The position numbers and the translations under genes were made by a program. 64,000 nt of DNA from Camelus dromedarius (taxonomy: Eukaryota): the NCBI RefSeq assembly GCF_036321535.1, contig NC_087437.1:88352001-88416000 (forward strand), in the 5' to 3' direction. The notes under the pieces were generated by a model. The model was given only the letters and a program-made list of their open reading frames with translations, searched no databases and was not told where the DNA came from. This document shows positions 38,201 to 50,834 of this stretch, one piece after another. Position 1 is the stretch's first letter; each line of letters starts with the position of its first letter.

Positions 38201-39789
38201 GAATCAGGCGTTAGAATTATAGACTCCCAGGAAAAAACTTCTGTATTGTTTTACTTAAAGGCATTTCTGTATGAAAGGTGGGATATTAGATGTAAATGTA
38301 GGGCTACAGGTGCATATCCCTAAAACCTGCATGAAAAAAACTCACCTGTTTATTTGTAACTACTATTCCAGATCAACGACCTGTCTTTCCTATCCTCTCC
38401 AGCTCTATCATTAGCCCAGTGCATGTTAGACATCCTTATTGTCTCTGTTTCCCATTGTTAGAATAAATGATTAACCTTCACAAACAAAGTTGCTGTGTTG
38501 CAAGACAACCAACAGAAGTCCACAAATAAAAATATTGTATCCCCTAGTTTTATTGCATTACAGGAGAAATGCCTGCATTTGAAATAAACTACCATATAAA
38601 CTGGAGTGCAAGAACTATATCATTTCAGCTTGAAAAGATATTGACAGCACTTCCTGGGCCATATAGTAGGTACTTAATAGATGCTCAATAAATATATAAT
38701 GTTTGGTCTTCTTGACGTTAAAGTTCATTGTTGTTAAGAAATTTAACTTTTTTTTTTTGTAGATTTTTCTGGATCCTCTACCTGGTTTTAACCAAGGATC
38801 TAAATCTAGGTACTATTTATTGAATCTTGATCATGCTTCACTAAATTATGAGTACTTCTCCCATTAACTAACTCAATTCTAAAACATTCAAGCTGTTTTC
38901 CAGCTACATGCTTTCTTTGTAGCCTTGAAACATGTTTTTTTAACCCTGAGCATATCATCAGGCCTTACAACAATGTCATGTCATTGGCCTTACAACAATC
39001 TTTCCCCTGTTAGAGGAGACAGGATTTGACTAATTCCTTCTCTTCATGGAAGAGTGAATTTACTAGAGGAGAAAATGAGAAGAGCAGTAAAGAGATGTGA
39101 TGTTATCAACATCATTGTTTGAAGAGATACTATATGAGGTGTCTTCTCAGATGTGACTCAAAGATGAACAATTGTGTCAGGAAGTTCTTTATAACATGAA
39201 GAAGTGTCTACTCAAAGCACCAGATGCACTTCCTTCTGACAAATAGAAAGTTTAAACAGTTGACCCTCGTACCTCCAGACAATTATCATCCACATCTCTG
39301 TGATTCAGCAGCTTTGTCTGAATTGCTAAGCGAGTGCTAAATTACCAGTTTTACACAGCTGCCCTCCCTACTGATTTCATAGCAAGGTAATATGTAACCT
39401 CGGTTATTGCAAGTAATCTTCTGGGTCTATAAAGTGAGTTAGAGTGCTGTATAGAACAGCCAGTTCAAATTACAGTTATGGTTCATTAAAGTGGGCTCTA
39501 TTACTCACTTAAATCAATTTGTCTGCACAAACAGTTGTCACTTATGATGTATACGTTTTCTTTTCCCTTTTTTATCCACACATCTTTCTTAGGAAGTTAA
39601 GTAAAGGTATTCTTTAAACTTAGTATTGAGTTTCTCAGGCAGTAGAAGTGGGGCCACTACTCACCCAAATATTCTTTACATCAAATGCCTCATTGTTTTT
39701 GATAACTTTGTCCTTGCAATGACAGTTCTGACCTCATTGTTTACCAATGTTCTCGGTTTCTAAGACCAAGCAAATGTAAATAATAGTGT

Positions 39790-40261
39790 CCCAGTGAGAC
39801 AGAGATGACTAAGTGCCTCTCTTCTTCTTGAACGGCTGGAACTACCCCAGCCTGGCCAGCATCTGAGCTGAGTAGATGGCCATCCAGCAGGAGACTCTGT
39901 TTTTCAGGCTCTCTTGCATCTCAGTGTACTTTATTGAGTTAAGTGAATGGAAAGTGAGCAAAAAAACAATGTGACCATTTCATGTCCTTGGCCTTAAGAT
40001 ATTGGGCATGTGCTTTTCCCCCTCTTCCCTCTCTACGTACCAAATAAAGATGCTGCAGCCTCCTGTTACTCCACACTTCTACTAAGATCACACCTTGCTT
40101 ACCAGAGTAATAAGGTGATGGAACCTGAGTTTCTGCAGGACAGGATGGAGGCCTCCCCAGCAGCATGGAGTCTTAACCTTGAGATTATTTATGAGAAGTA
40201 AATAAATTTCTATCTTAATTAAGCCATTGTCATTTGTGGGTACCTTTGTAACAGCAACTTA
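39790..40261 (+). mobile_element. Old MLT1 (MLT1I/J-like) LTR
   Basis: atgagaagtaaataaatttctatc...ttaagccattg...tttgtaacagca...ctataca 3' end. Confidence 0.65.
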
Positions 40262-41142
40262 TAATTTACCTTCACCTATACAGACTGTTGCTCAGTTGCT
40301 ACCTTGAATAATGACTTCAATTTAGTTCCATAAAAACTGTACTTGATTTAGAGGTAGGATGTAGTTGTTAGTCAACATATCATTGGACTGAGACACAGAA
40401 GACCGTGGCTCAAGTTCAGGTCTACAACTGGAGTGAATTTGAGCAAATTATTTAGCTTATCTTATTCATGACAATTATCATTATCAAATAATGTCTTGAG
40501 CATTTACTTGTTTGTTCATTTATTGTCTGTTTCTCTCCCAGAATGCAGGCTGCACAAGTACAATTAATTTAAATACTTTTAAAACAAGTCACTTATCTCT
40601 GGGACGTCAAATACGCTTTGAATAGTGTCTATGCAGTAAATAATTGCTGAATTAGTTGAACTCTTTTGGTCCCCACATGAAAAATTGTATAAAATAATCT
40701 CTCAGGACTTTTCTAACATTTTATGACAATTAGTTTTAATAAAAATATGGAAATCTGCCACTCATTATGGCCTTATTAGTGTAAAAATAAATTATGAATT
40801 TATATTAACATTCAGCAAATAGCTAATATGTAATAAGCACTCAACAAAGGCCCAGGAATAAAAAGGCAAGATGAAATCAAGTCTTCACGCAGACTGTCAC
40901 AAGACGGACTTGTTATTCACCTCTCTGAGCATCAGAGACTAATTCTTTCTGTAGGAATCTGTATTGTTTTAATTTTCTCTCTCCAGGTCTGGAGATTTGG
41001 AGAAAATAAGAAGGGATTCCAATCTTCTGTGAGCTTAAATGTGCTAAAGTCTACCTAATAAATTAGTACAGGAAAATTCAATCTTTCCCTATTGTCCGTT
41101 TTTATAAAATGTGTTATGGTAAATGGAATATTTTCCCACCTT

Positions 41143-41203
41143 CTTTTTTTTTAACATTTTTTATTGATTTATAATCATTTTACAATGTTGTGTCAAATTC
41201 CAG
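41143..41203 (-). mobile_element. Very short L1 3' end (camelid-type)
   Basis: Poly-T then aacattttttattgatttataatcattttacaatgttgtgtcaaattccagt. Confidence 0.8.
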
Positions 41204-41974
41204 TTTTCTGAAGTTTAGGAGAAGAAATTCATTGTCTTTGAAATAAGATTTTTTTTAAGCTAAGAACCAGCTGTTTTAGAACACTCTGTTGCTAATGGAA
41301 GGGTTGGTATTAAAATGATGCCTTTCTCAAAAAAAAATCACTTGGTCAATAGCAATTCTCAAAGGTCTTAATGGAAAAAAAAACTAAGAAAAGCTATTTT
41401 AATGTTATAAAGAGAAGTTACTTTTGTATTTGGGGCATTAAGCGTTTGTATTTGGGGCATTTGGTGGTTGGACACTCAGAAAGGACTAGTTGGGTAACAG
41501 GTGATTTTTATATTCCCATAATTTTAAAACTATTGCTATTACACTAGACTGTGGAATCACAGAAGTGTGGTGATGTTTATATACCTTGTCATTCAAAAAA
41601 GAAATAAAAAGGTGCCTGCTATATTCCCAGGATATTTCTTGGTTGGGATACAGTTGCCCAGCCCCAAATACCTCCCTATCCTCAGTGTTTCTGTCTACTT
41701 CTACCAATGCGCTAAACACATTCAGAGTTAGAGTTACATTAATTTTTAAACAAATCAGCTCATTTTAGAGTGTTATTTCACCTTGTAGTATTACCTTGTC
41801 ACCAGCCTAACCCTATCTCTACATAAATCTCTTCTATAGTTTCCCTATCATATGTCTTTCAGCCTATGCATAAACAACTCTAGTGATTAATGATGGGGCC
41901 TCATTGAGTTCTCAAGTGCAGACTCATAGATGCTTTACTTTATTTTGGTTCACAGTATGCCTTCTGTTAATTAC

Positions 41975-42100
41975 ATGTAGGTCTTTTTATGGCATTTTGA
42001 TCACACAGTGTGATTCTCTTTTCACTTTTCTTTCAACTTTTCCAAAATTGGCGCGGTTGGTTGCTCTCCAGCTGGATTCATTTTGTTTGGTTACTATTAT
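41975..42100 (-). pseudogene. Possible pseudo-exon, linker
   Basis: Acceptor ccttctgttag, weak donor |gtaatt, 126 nt. RKVKRE resembles RGSL1 RKAKRK. One stop. Confidence 0.35.
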
Positions 42101-42563
42101 CTAACAGAAGGATGTGTGTTTACTAACACGGTGAAGTGTTTTTCAGAACTTACTGTAATACTGTAAGTTTGATTTGGTAAGTAATATATTGAGCAGAAAG
42201 ACTACCTCCTCAATTCTAGACATTTTCTATTCATACAGACTAACATAATTCATTTTATAGAAGCTATATATGGACTTGTATCTTTCATTCAATCAAAACT
42301 AGTAAGTTTTCTCATTAATGTTTATAAACTGGCTCCCTCCCCTTCCTTCACCTAATTCCCTTCTGATACGTATATAGTTGTTTGGGGGACCTCAAAGTAG
42401 GGCTTTATTCCACTATTACATTTCCCCTTGTCACAGTATGTCTTCTAATCTTTTGTGAATTTATGTAAACTGAAATGTAACACTTCAAGGTTCAAGGTCC
42501 ATTTTCATCATATCACTAGTTGTAGTCATTTTTAAATGTAAGTACAAGACACTAAAAGGTCAC

Positions 42564-42740
42564 TTGAAAATAATTCTGCCTGGGATATAAATCGAAAGAT
42601 GGCAAATGATTCAGAGGCACTTTTAAAGAAAATTGGTAATAATGCTTCTTGGAGCTTCACTAAGTTGTAAAGCTCATCCACTGTGCTAATAACAGTGGTG
42701 AACAGTGTGCGGGTGGTTAATGTTAGATCACTCAAATACC
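42564..42740 (-). pseudogene. Pseudo-exon, end of first RGS-like domain
   Basis: Inside ORF 42532..42756, after acceptor ctttctaaag. LVKLQEALLPIFF vs RGSL1 LFKLQSYWLPNFY (7/13 identical, ungapped). Confidence 0.7.
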
Positions 42741-43199
42741 CTTTAGAAAGCTTCAAATATAAGAAAAGCGTGAAAGAAGTGGATGAGAGGGAAAACTATG
42801 TAATTGCTGTTAGACTAATGGGAGATACTGGTTTGAATCCTTACCCTAGGAAACTAAATTACTATCATGAAGCAATTATGTTTTGTGCCTTCATCTTTGC
42901 ATGTGTTCCTTCCTGAAATAATTGCATCCATCATACAGCTGGGATTGAGATGGTAACCCAGTTTCCTTCCCAGTTTCATACAGAGCCTCTCTCCTGGCTT
43001 AGACACACTTGGAAAACGCTCGAAAGGTGTTTGACTCACAGGAGAACTAAAAATTCATACTCTCTACAATTAGTTAATGAGCTTAGGAGTAAGTAACCTT
43101 GTTTAAATATAAAAAAGAATGCTTTGAGATGTATCATCAGTACCATGTATCTCACAAAAAGTCAAAAAAATTGCACGATCTAAAGCTGAAAGGAGCATT

Positions 43200-43580
43200 A
43201 TTTAAACTTTGCATCCTCAGGTTGTGCCTGGGCATCACCATGGGAATTAATGTGCATCGGAATCACCAGGCAAATTAAAACATACCAGTGCCCAGGCTTT
43301 TCCTGAGACCAGTTAAATCCCACTGTCAAGGGCAAAGGATATCATATTTGAAGGAGGGTGCTTTAAAAACTCCCAATGTGAAAGCAACATTTCAAACCAA
43401 TTAAATCAGAAGCTCTGGAGGATGGGGGTCTAGATATCACAATTTTTAAAAGTCTGCCAGATGATTCCAATGTCCAGACAAGTTTGAGAATCGGGGGAAG
43501 GTGTAGGCCCCAGACACCTGATTGTTTAAAAAGTTCTCCAGAGTAATGTTAATTCAGGTCATGTTTGTGAATCACTGATA
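43200..43580. mobile_element. MER5-family fragments
   Basis: gaatcaccagg, ccaattaaatcagaa, atgattccaatgtccagacaagtttgagaa. Confidence 0.65.
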
Positions 43581-44002
43581 CAAAGGATAACTGCCCTAAA
43601 CAAGCAAATTGTCCAACCTCGGGCGACTAGTTCACCTACGGACTGGTGAGTCTGATTTCTGGGTACTGTGTTCTTCCTGCTCCCCTGACTTATCTCACCC
43701 AATTTCTAAATTCTATAATGTTTTAAAATATATGATGCTAATATTTTTAGACTATCAAAGAAGGCCCAAGAAGGCTAAGCTTTTGACAAAAATTAAAAAC
43801 AAATCCGAGGAAGGCATGTGAGGGTGATTCAAATGCTTGTCAAATGAGTGGAATTTCCTTTGCTTATAGAAAGAGGAGGTCTCTGGGATCTTGCTCCCAG
43901 CATTGCACGGAAGTCATCTGCTGGTTCAGTCGTCTAACTCGCATTCCACTCACATCAGTGTGGCTCATCCCAAACTGCACAATCTGTGAAAGGAGACATT
44001 TA

Positions 44003-44053
44003 CAGAGAGAAAGAAAGAGAGATAGAGGGAGAGAGAAAGAGAGAGAGAGAGAG
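44003..44053. repeat. (GA)n microsatellite
   Basis: Directly visible. Confidence 0.9.
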
Positions 44054-44094
44054 AATAAGTTATTTCCAAATGTGTTATTTTGTAATGTGGCGAT

Positions 44095-44478
44095 GCACTG
44101 ATCTGTAGGGCTGCCATATCAAGGTACCACACACTGATGGCTTAAACAAAAGAAATTTATTTTCTCACAGTCCCAGGGAGGCTCGAAGTCTCTGGTTGAG
44201 GTGCTGTCAAGGTGTTGAGGTCTTTCTCTTTGCTTGTATCTGGCCACCTGCTTCTTGTATCTTCACATGGTCTTTGCTCTGTATGTATATCTGTCTATGT
44301 CCTAATTTCTTACAAGGATATCAGCCAGGTGGGGTTACAGCCCACCCTAACGATCTCATTTTAACTCGATTCCCTCTTTAAAGACCCCATCTCCAAACAC
44401 AGTCATATTCTGAGGTATAGAGAGTTAGAACTTCAGCATATAAATTTGGGAGGGAGGACATGATTTAGCTCATGTTAT
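44095..44478 (-). mobile_element. MLT1A-like solo LTR
   Basis: ggcttaaacaaaagaaatttattttctcacagt...atctccaaacacagtcatattctgaggta. Confidence 0.85.
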
Positions 44479-44614
44479 GTACGCTCTTCAAGCACACTCA
44501 AATGTCTGCTGTTTAAAACAGAGAGAGAACACTGCTATTAGCTACATCTGGAATGTACTTTTTGATCCCAGGATGATCCAAAAAATGAGAAAACTTCAAG
44601 GTTCTGGGTCTTAC

Positions 44615-44776
44615 TAATGTAGGATAATTGTGCCATCTTTGCCTGAAAGGCAGTGTTCGCTCAACTGTGTGTCACAGTGTGTTTCCAAGTCTAGATAATT
44701 GTCTGTCAATTCCCTATTATACCCTGACGCGTGAAGGTTTTTCTTTGGATATTTTGACCCTACCAGCCTCTTCATT
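44615..44776 (-). pseudogene. Pseudo-exon, first RGS-like domain
   Basis: Acceptor ctttctcatag, donor |gtaaga, 162 nt, stop-free frame. GAA GAG (G) CTG GTA gives EELV with a 1-nt insertion. NRELTDNYLDL resembles RGSL1 DLEVRDYYLSL. Confidence 0.65.
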
Positions 44777-45199
44777 CTATGAGAAAGCTCAACAGTTCTA
44801 ACTCAATAGCCCAAATTAAAACAAAACAAGACAAAACAAGGCAACAAATTTTGAATAAGAAATTTTTTATGATTGTTGTTTATTAACATGGCTCACGTAT
44901 GTTTGTGGCCGACATGTGAAAAAGCTTTCTAGCATTCCCACATTCGAAACTATAGAAAAACACAGATGATTCAAGGAGGTTGATGGCTCAGCACTGAAAT
45001 AAGTGGAAAATCTCATGTGATTTTTACAAACTTAAGCTGGTGGGGGCCTCATGCTATTTGAAAACCATATCATATGGTAAATCCATAAGTACTTTGTATT
45101 TTTCACAACTTTATAACACATAGCAGTATTACATATTAGAAAATAATTTTTAAAGTCTTTTTTTCTAAAAAAAAATATTTTAAAAACATATCTTTTTCT

Positions 45200-46090
45200 A
45201 TTTTTTTTAAAAGTTGAGGCCCAATTTATTTACAACAAATAATACTGATCAAAAGTGTACAGTTTTAACAAATTACACCAAAGCAACCACGGCTCTACAA
45301 AGATATAGAATACTCATCCTAGAGAGCTCTCGTCCCCTCCAAGTGAATCAGCCCCTCCCTGCCCCTGCCAGGGCAGCCACTTTCTACAGCCCCTGCTGTT
45401 TCAGGCCAGAGTGTTGCTAATTATTCTACCAGTACATAAACGGAATCATTTTTTTCTCCAGTTTCCAAAAAGATTTCCCTCTTTCTTTCCAGCCTTGCTA
45501 ATACTCCCTTCAAGAACTTTCTGCCTTCTGTCTGCTGCCCAGTGTCCAAACCGCTGACACATGCCTTGATTTTCGTGCACATCAGCATCACACTTGCACT
45601 AATGGTTTTGACTTAATAACTAAAGAGAGTTTTGCCTGTTTTTGTTTGATAGTTTTGTTTTTGTTTGTTTGTTTTAACAACCTGTGGTGGAATAATGTGG
45701 TGTGAATGCTGTAGTGACTGACTTCTTACACTCAGCATAATATCTGTGAGATCCAACCAATTTTTTCACATGTATCATTATTTTTGCCCTCTTACTAAAG
45801 TGTAGTGTTCTATTGTATAACCTCAATTATTCATTATTATGATGAACATTTACTGTGTTTCTAGTTTTGGGCTGTTAAGATTATAGTTTCCATGAAGACC
45901 CTTTGACTTGTTTTTCGTAAAATTTTGCCCTTATTTCTCTTGGAGATATACTTAAAAGAGTGGAGTTGCTGGGGCATAGGTAGGCATATGTTTAATTTGG
46001 ATAGCTACTAATACATAGTTTTCCAAAGTGGCTGAACCTATTTCTAGTCCCGCCAGCAGAGTGTAAGAGTTACGGTTGATTTACATCTCA
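45200..46090 (-). mobile_element. Old L1M 3' fragment
   Basis: cactcagcataatatctgtgagatcc...tggagttgctggggcataggtagg...gttttccaaagtggctg. Confidence 0.75.
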
Positions 46091-48939
46091 TTGCCCATGC
46101 AGCCTCACCAGCGGCCCAGCCATTGGGTTTTAAAACTGAAAAGTACATGGTGACTGAACTCTGATGAAGAAAGCATGAACTAGGTCCTTTTAGGTAGAAG
46201 TAACAGAAAATATTATTCAGGCATTCTGCCATATTTAACTTGAGCTATTTTCTTTTTGCATCAGCAATTATAATCACTGAGTTTCTGTTATGAAACTTTT
46301 CAGTAAGATGGTGATATAATAGTTTATGACTCTTACCCTGGTACATGTATCAGACTGGACTCTTATTAAAATGGTCTTAAGAGCCACACTCATTAACCTC
46401 CTCTCTTTATAGACAATATAAATATAAACTAATAATGTATATTAAAAAAGGATAGGGATTTGTATGTATATATTGTTTTTCAGCAAAGTTTTATATGCAA
46501 ATTTAATTTAGATTTAATGATACCCCTGAAGATGATGCTATTTCTTTTTGGCAGAAAAGGAAACAACCCCCACCCCCACCCCAGATTTTATAGAAATTTA
46601 AATTGCTAAACTTTATAGCAATTTAATAACATTTGTGGGACTTAAATCTAGATTTTCTGGCTATAGACCCAAAGCTCTCTCCTCTCTCTGTAAACAATAA
46701 GCATACATTTCAAGCATGAATTCAATTATTTTCAAAGCAGAGTATGGTAATTTTCAGGATTTAAATATATCATATTTATGACAGTGCATTAAATATTTAT
46801 ATCTATTATAGACAGTAGCTTTACTCTTAAAATAAGATCCTTGTATAAATTTAATGTTATATTCTAAAACCCTTGTTTGAAATGCAATGAATTTGTTTAT
46901 AGTAACTAGCATCTTATTATGAGAATAATTTTTAAAAATTGGTATTTTTCAACTGAAATGAAATTTCATATATATTTTTATTTGACTCTTGTCAGTAAAA
47001 TATATTGGAGACATCAGGATAACTCCTCCATTTTCTGTGGATGTCTGATGCTTTATGGTTTTAGGCATGCTCTCTAGTACCTTTGGAAGAATTGTGAAGC
47101 ATTTAGAGGAAACTTCTTCCTGCTATTATACTAAATTGCCTTATCTTGCTAGAATGCTCACTTGTTCTGTAGAAACAATTCTAGACTAGGAAATTTACTG
47201 TTATTTTTTTTTTTTTAAGCTTGGATACACCAAACTGATGGTATATGCTATTTGGATTTTTTTTTTCACAGTCATCTACAAAAATATATAAGTGTCACAT
47301 CATTGAGGCAAGAAAAATGGTTTCATTTAACTTATTGGATGCATTTTAAGTTTTGAGAGGCATCCTGTCAAAGTAGATTGGCAGTCAGAAGCTCTAGGTT
47401 CCATGCTTATATCTGAAGCTGAAAAGTCATCAGCAAATCTCATTTTTTTCAGCTGTAAAATAAGGTATTTTCACTGAATGAAGCTCAAAGACCCTTAAAG
47501 CTCTAAAAATGTATGTACTCATTTTATGGGTCATTTTCTTAGGTTTTTTAAATCACCAGGACTCTGCCTGCTATTGCAGCTCTTCTTTTAGAACAAGGGT
47601 TTTTTTTTTTTTTTCTTTTTTTAAATGAGAGGAAAAGACCTCTTGCCAGATTGTCATGCTCATCTGATTGAAAGCTCCTGCTGGGGCTGCATATTATGAT
47701 ATAACATCAGAGTCTTTGTTTCAGATCTTTCTGGGCAGAGGCATTCTATTGCTTTTGAGTAGAACGCTGTTCTTGCAGAAAGCTTGCTCTAACCCTCTCC
47801 CTTTGAAGGACAGGCATTTCTAACTCTCCAGTCTTTTCATTTCCTCTAAATACATTTCATATCTCAATTGACTTGTATATGTGAATAGTATACCTTATAA
47901 AGATGATTTCACAAAAACAGGCTTTACTGACAGGTTTTTCATTTAGTATCTTTTAGAATTTATTACAATTTTCCATCATAGGTGCACCTCAGAAGCGTGT
48001 AGTGGGAGTTCAAAACTGGTCTTTTAGTTGAATTGACCTCAGTTGAATTACCAAGAAATATGATGTTCCAAGTAAGTGAAACCTAACCACTTTTTTCAAA
48101 TTTTAAAAATTTTCATCATTATACAAAGAATACAATTTCTTCTGATATATAATTGTTATGTTTCTGAATTCTTAAAAATTGTATTAAAAAGAGTTGAGAT
48201 CTCACTCCCACACCCAAGAAGAGTATCACCACTTTGATCACAAAATATCACCCTGGGTTTTTAGTAAGGCTCTCTAAATGATATATTCTATCAAATGTCC
48301 CCAGATATTTTACAATTCCCTAGCCTTTATTTTGCGTCCATTTTTCAAATTTGACCCTTTGAATTTTGGATAGCTAGAAGAGCTAATAAGTAGCTAAGCT
48401 TAGTAGGATAATGTGTGAAGAAAGTGATTTTTTGACCTTGTAAACCTGTGCTCTCTATTTCACAAAATCTCTAAAACCAATTCTCTTTAGAGGTCCTCTT
48501 TGCATGTTGGCTCCTGACTGTGTTCTGTATAGTTTATGTCATATATTTTCTTCAGACCAGTGGAATATTGCTACATTGTTTTTTTAAATAATTATTTAAG
48601 ACAAGTAATGTAAGTCTAGGTGATGTGTTATTGGGCATACATTGCTGTACTGGTGTTGCCTTTGTCCCACAGATTTTTAAGTTGTGAAATATTTTAAATA
48701 TTCAGAGAAGTAGAGAGGATAACATTATCAACCCTTTTATCCACCACCTAGCTCTATCGAATCTTAAGTTTTCATTCTGTCTTCATTGTTTTGTTTTGTT
48801 TTTTTAAGAAATTACACTTTACCGATATAATGGAAGTTGATTTCCATTTCTAGTCAAATTATTTTAAAAGATGTGTTACTGTTGGGGTTGATTTCTATCC
48901 TTTACCTTGTTTTATTTTGTTCAAACTAGAATATTTATA

Positions 48940-49240
48940 TATTCATTCATCCGTTTAAGCAAGAAACATTTACATATCTAGTAGGTACCATGCAGCACTG
49001 TGGAAGAGATGAGGAAGAATAAGAATGATTCCTGTCCTTAAGAATTAAACATTAGAGTTAGGAATGGGGTGAGGTCACATAAGAAAGATCACATATCATT
49101 ATAACACAATGATAATGACAAGTGGCAAAAAATATAGTCAAATGGGCTATGGGGTTTGAGACAAGAGAGAGAATATCTGACTGGAAGGATCAACTGATGC
49201 TTTGAGAAAGAGGTGCCATTTGAATTGAAACTTCAAGTTT
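48940..49240 (-). mobile_element. L2 3' fragment
   Basis: attcattcatccg tail followed by L2 antisense sequence. Confidence 0.6.
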
Positions 49241-49370
49241 GAATCTTGTTTTATTGAGATCGTTTTATGGCTTTCATCTATCACTTAGTGAAAGATAAAT
49301 CCAATCAAATGGTTGTATCTCACTGGAGTTTATCTCACTGAAAATATTATAAAGTGGGGTCATTTGTTAT

Positions 49371-49549
49371 CAGTAAATGGTGGCCTCCAAATGGCCTTCT
49401 AATGAGCTAATCGGGGTTGTCACTGCCGTGGTTGGAGCTGACACTTCTGAAAGGAAAGACTTGGAAGGACGTTTTATTTGGGTGAATGAGGCAATGTCAT
49501 GTGGACGGGATTACAGGAGTTTCAGGTTATCAGACTTCTCATCTTGCCT
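49371..49549 (-). pseudogene. Possible pseudo-exon
   Basis: Follows cacag. RQDEKSDNLKLL*SRPHDIASFTQIKRPSKSFLSEVSAPTT resembles RGS22 HRTYDIGNRKEFERFKKF and KNFLSELVQTT. Confidence 0.4.
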
Positions 49550-50834
49550 CTGTGACTAACTAGCTATAACACCTCTGGAAATTGCTGCTTTCTTTTTTTG
49601 CTTTTGTCTCACTCATCTGAGAAAGTTGAACACAGTTCAAGTTCTTCCCATCTTAAATTCCATAGCTATTATGTTCTGCCAATTGCTGCCTTCTACTGTT
49701 TTTTCTTTGGTACTCATTTTTCTTATTGCTTATTTTATAGCTATAGTTCATATAATACTAACTTTCATACTGCACTGGAGTAAAATTGGAAGAATTGCCT
49801 AATATTTATTTGAAAACATTTACATTGAACTGGGCTTTGAATTCAAGTCTTTCAGGATGAATGTTTAGGTGTGTGGCTGCTGTTTAGAAAATACTTGATT
49901 TCTATTTTGTGATGCCTATCATTTCTTGCTTTTTTAGGGCATTTGCCTTTTTATCACAAAAGGCGAGTGTTTCACACACAAGAATTGTTGCAGGCAGTGT
50001 AGTTACATTTAGACCAGTGTTAAACTATTTTGACTAACTTGATCTGTCTGTACCAACATTTACTGATACCTTACAAATCACATCATTCACCATTCTCATT
50101 TTTTCAAATGAGTTAAGTGATATGCAGGAATTAAATGGCTCATCTACATTCACTCAATGATAAAGAACAAACTAAAACTCGTAACTCACGATACATTGGG
50201 GTTTGTTTACTACGTTGTGGCAAAAAACAATTTTATGGCAAATATTTGGCAATTTTGAAAAAAATATAAGTTACAAATAACTAAATCAAAAATAGTTTGA
50301 TTTTTGGAGGGTTTGTTTTTCCCTAAGAAATCAAACCAATTTGAGATAGGAACTTTCATGACTAGATTATTAAATCATCAAGAAAATTTGGTCATATAAA
50401 AATATAAAGTTTATGACAACAATTTACTTTATATAGTGCTTTTTATCTTAAAAGTATTAACCTATGGGGGGAAATGATCATCTAGAGTACAGGATTATCT
50501 GAGACTTATTCAAGTAAATCAATTAATTAAAAAAATTACACCCCTATTTAAAATATATTTCAGTGTGAGGCATAGTGACACCAAGAAAGACAAACTCAAA
50601 AACAGAGTTCTGTAAGAGTCATTAGACTACCCTTTACTAGTATAAATTAGCAAATGATGTTATGGTATATTTCCAGATGAAATTTAGCTCAGTGTTATAT
50701 ACTTTTGTTTATAGGTATGGATATTTTTTGTGAAGGCTGGAACTATTCCCCTCAAAAAAAGGGAGGAAAAAATAAAAATGTATAATGATTTATATTTCTG
50801 CACTGGATTTTGCTAATTAATAATTTTAAAGTAA

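Noticed and set aside
38961..38999. 14-bp direct repeat GGCCTTACAACAAT (a similar case is the 17-bp repeat at 41423-41461)
   Set aside because: Two-copy local duplications, not CRISPR-like arrays.
42532..42756. Resemblance to dynein heavy-chain segments
   Set aside because: Generic helical pattern only; the KLQ..LP.F match to RGSL1 is tighter and colinear.
49286..49339. Imperfect inverted repeat AGTGAAAGATAAATCCA...TGGAGTTTATCTCACT
   Set aside because: Short, gapped and AT-rich; insufficient for a miRNA or MITE call.
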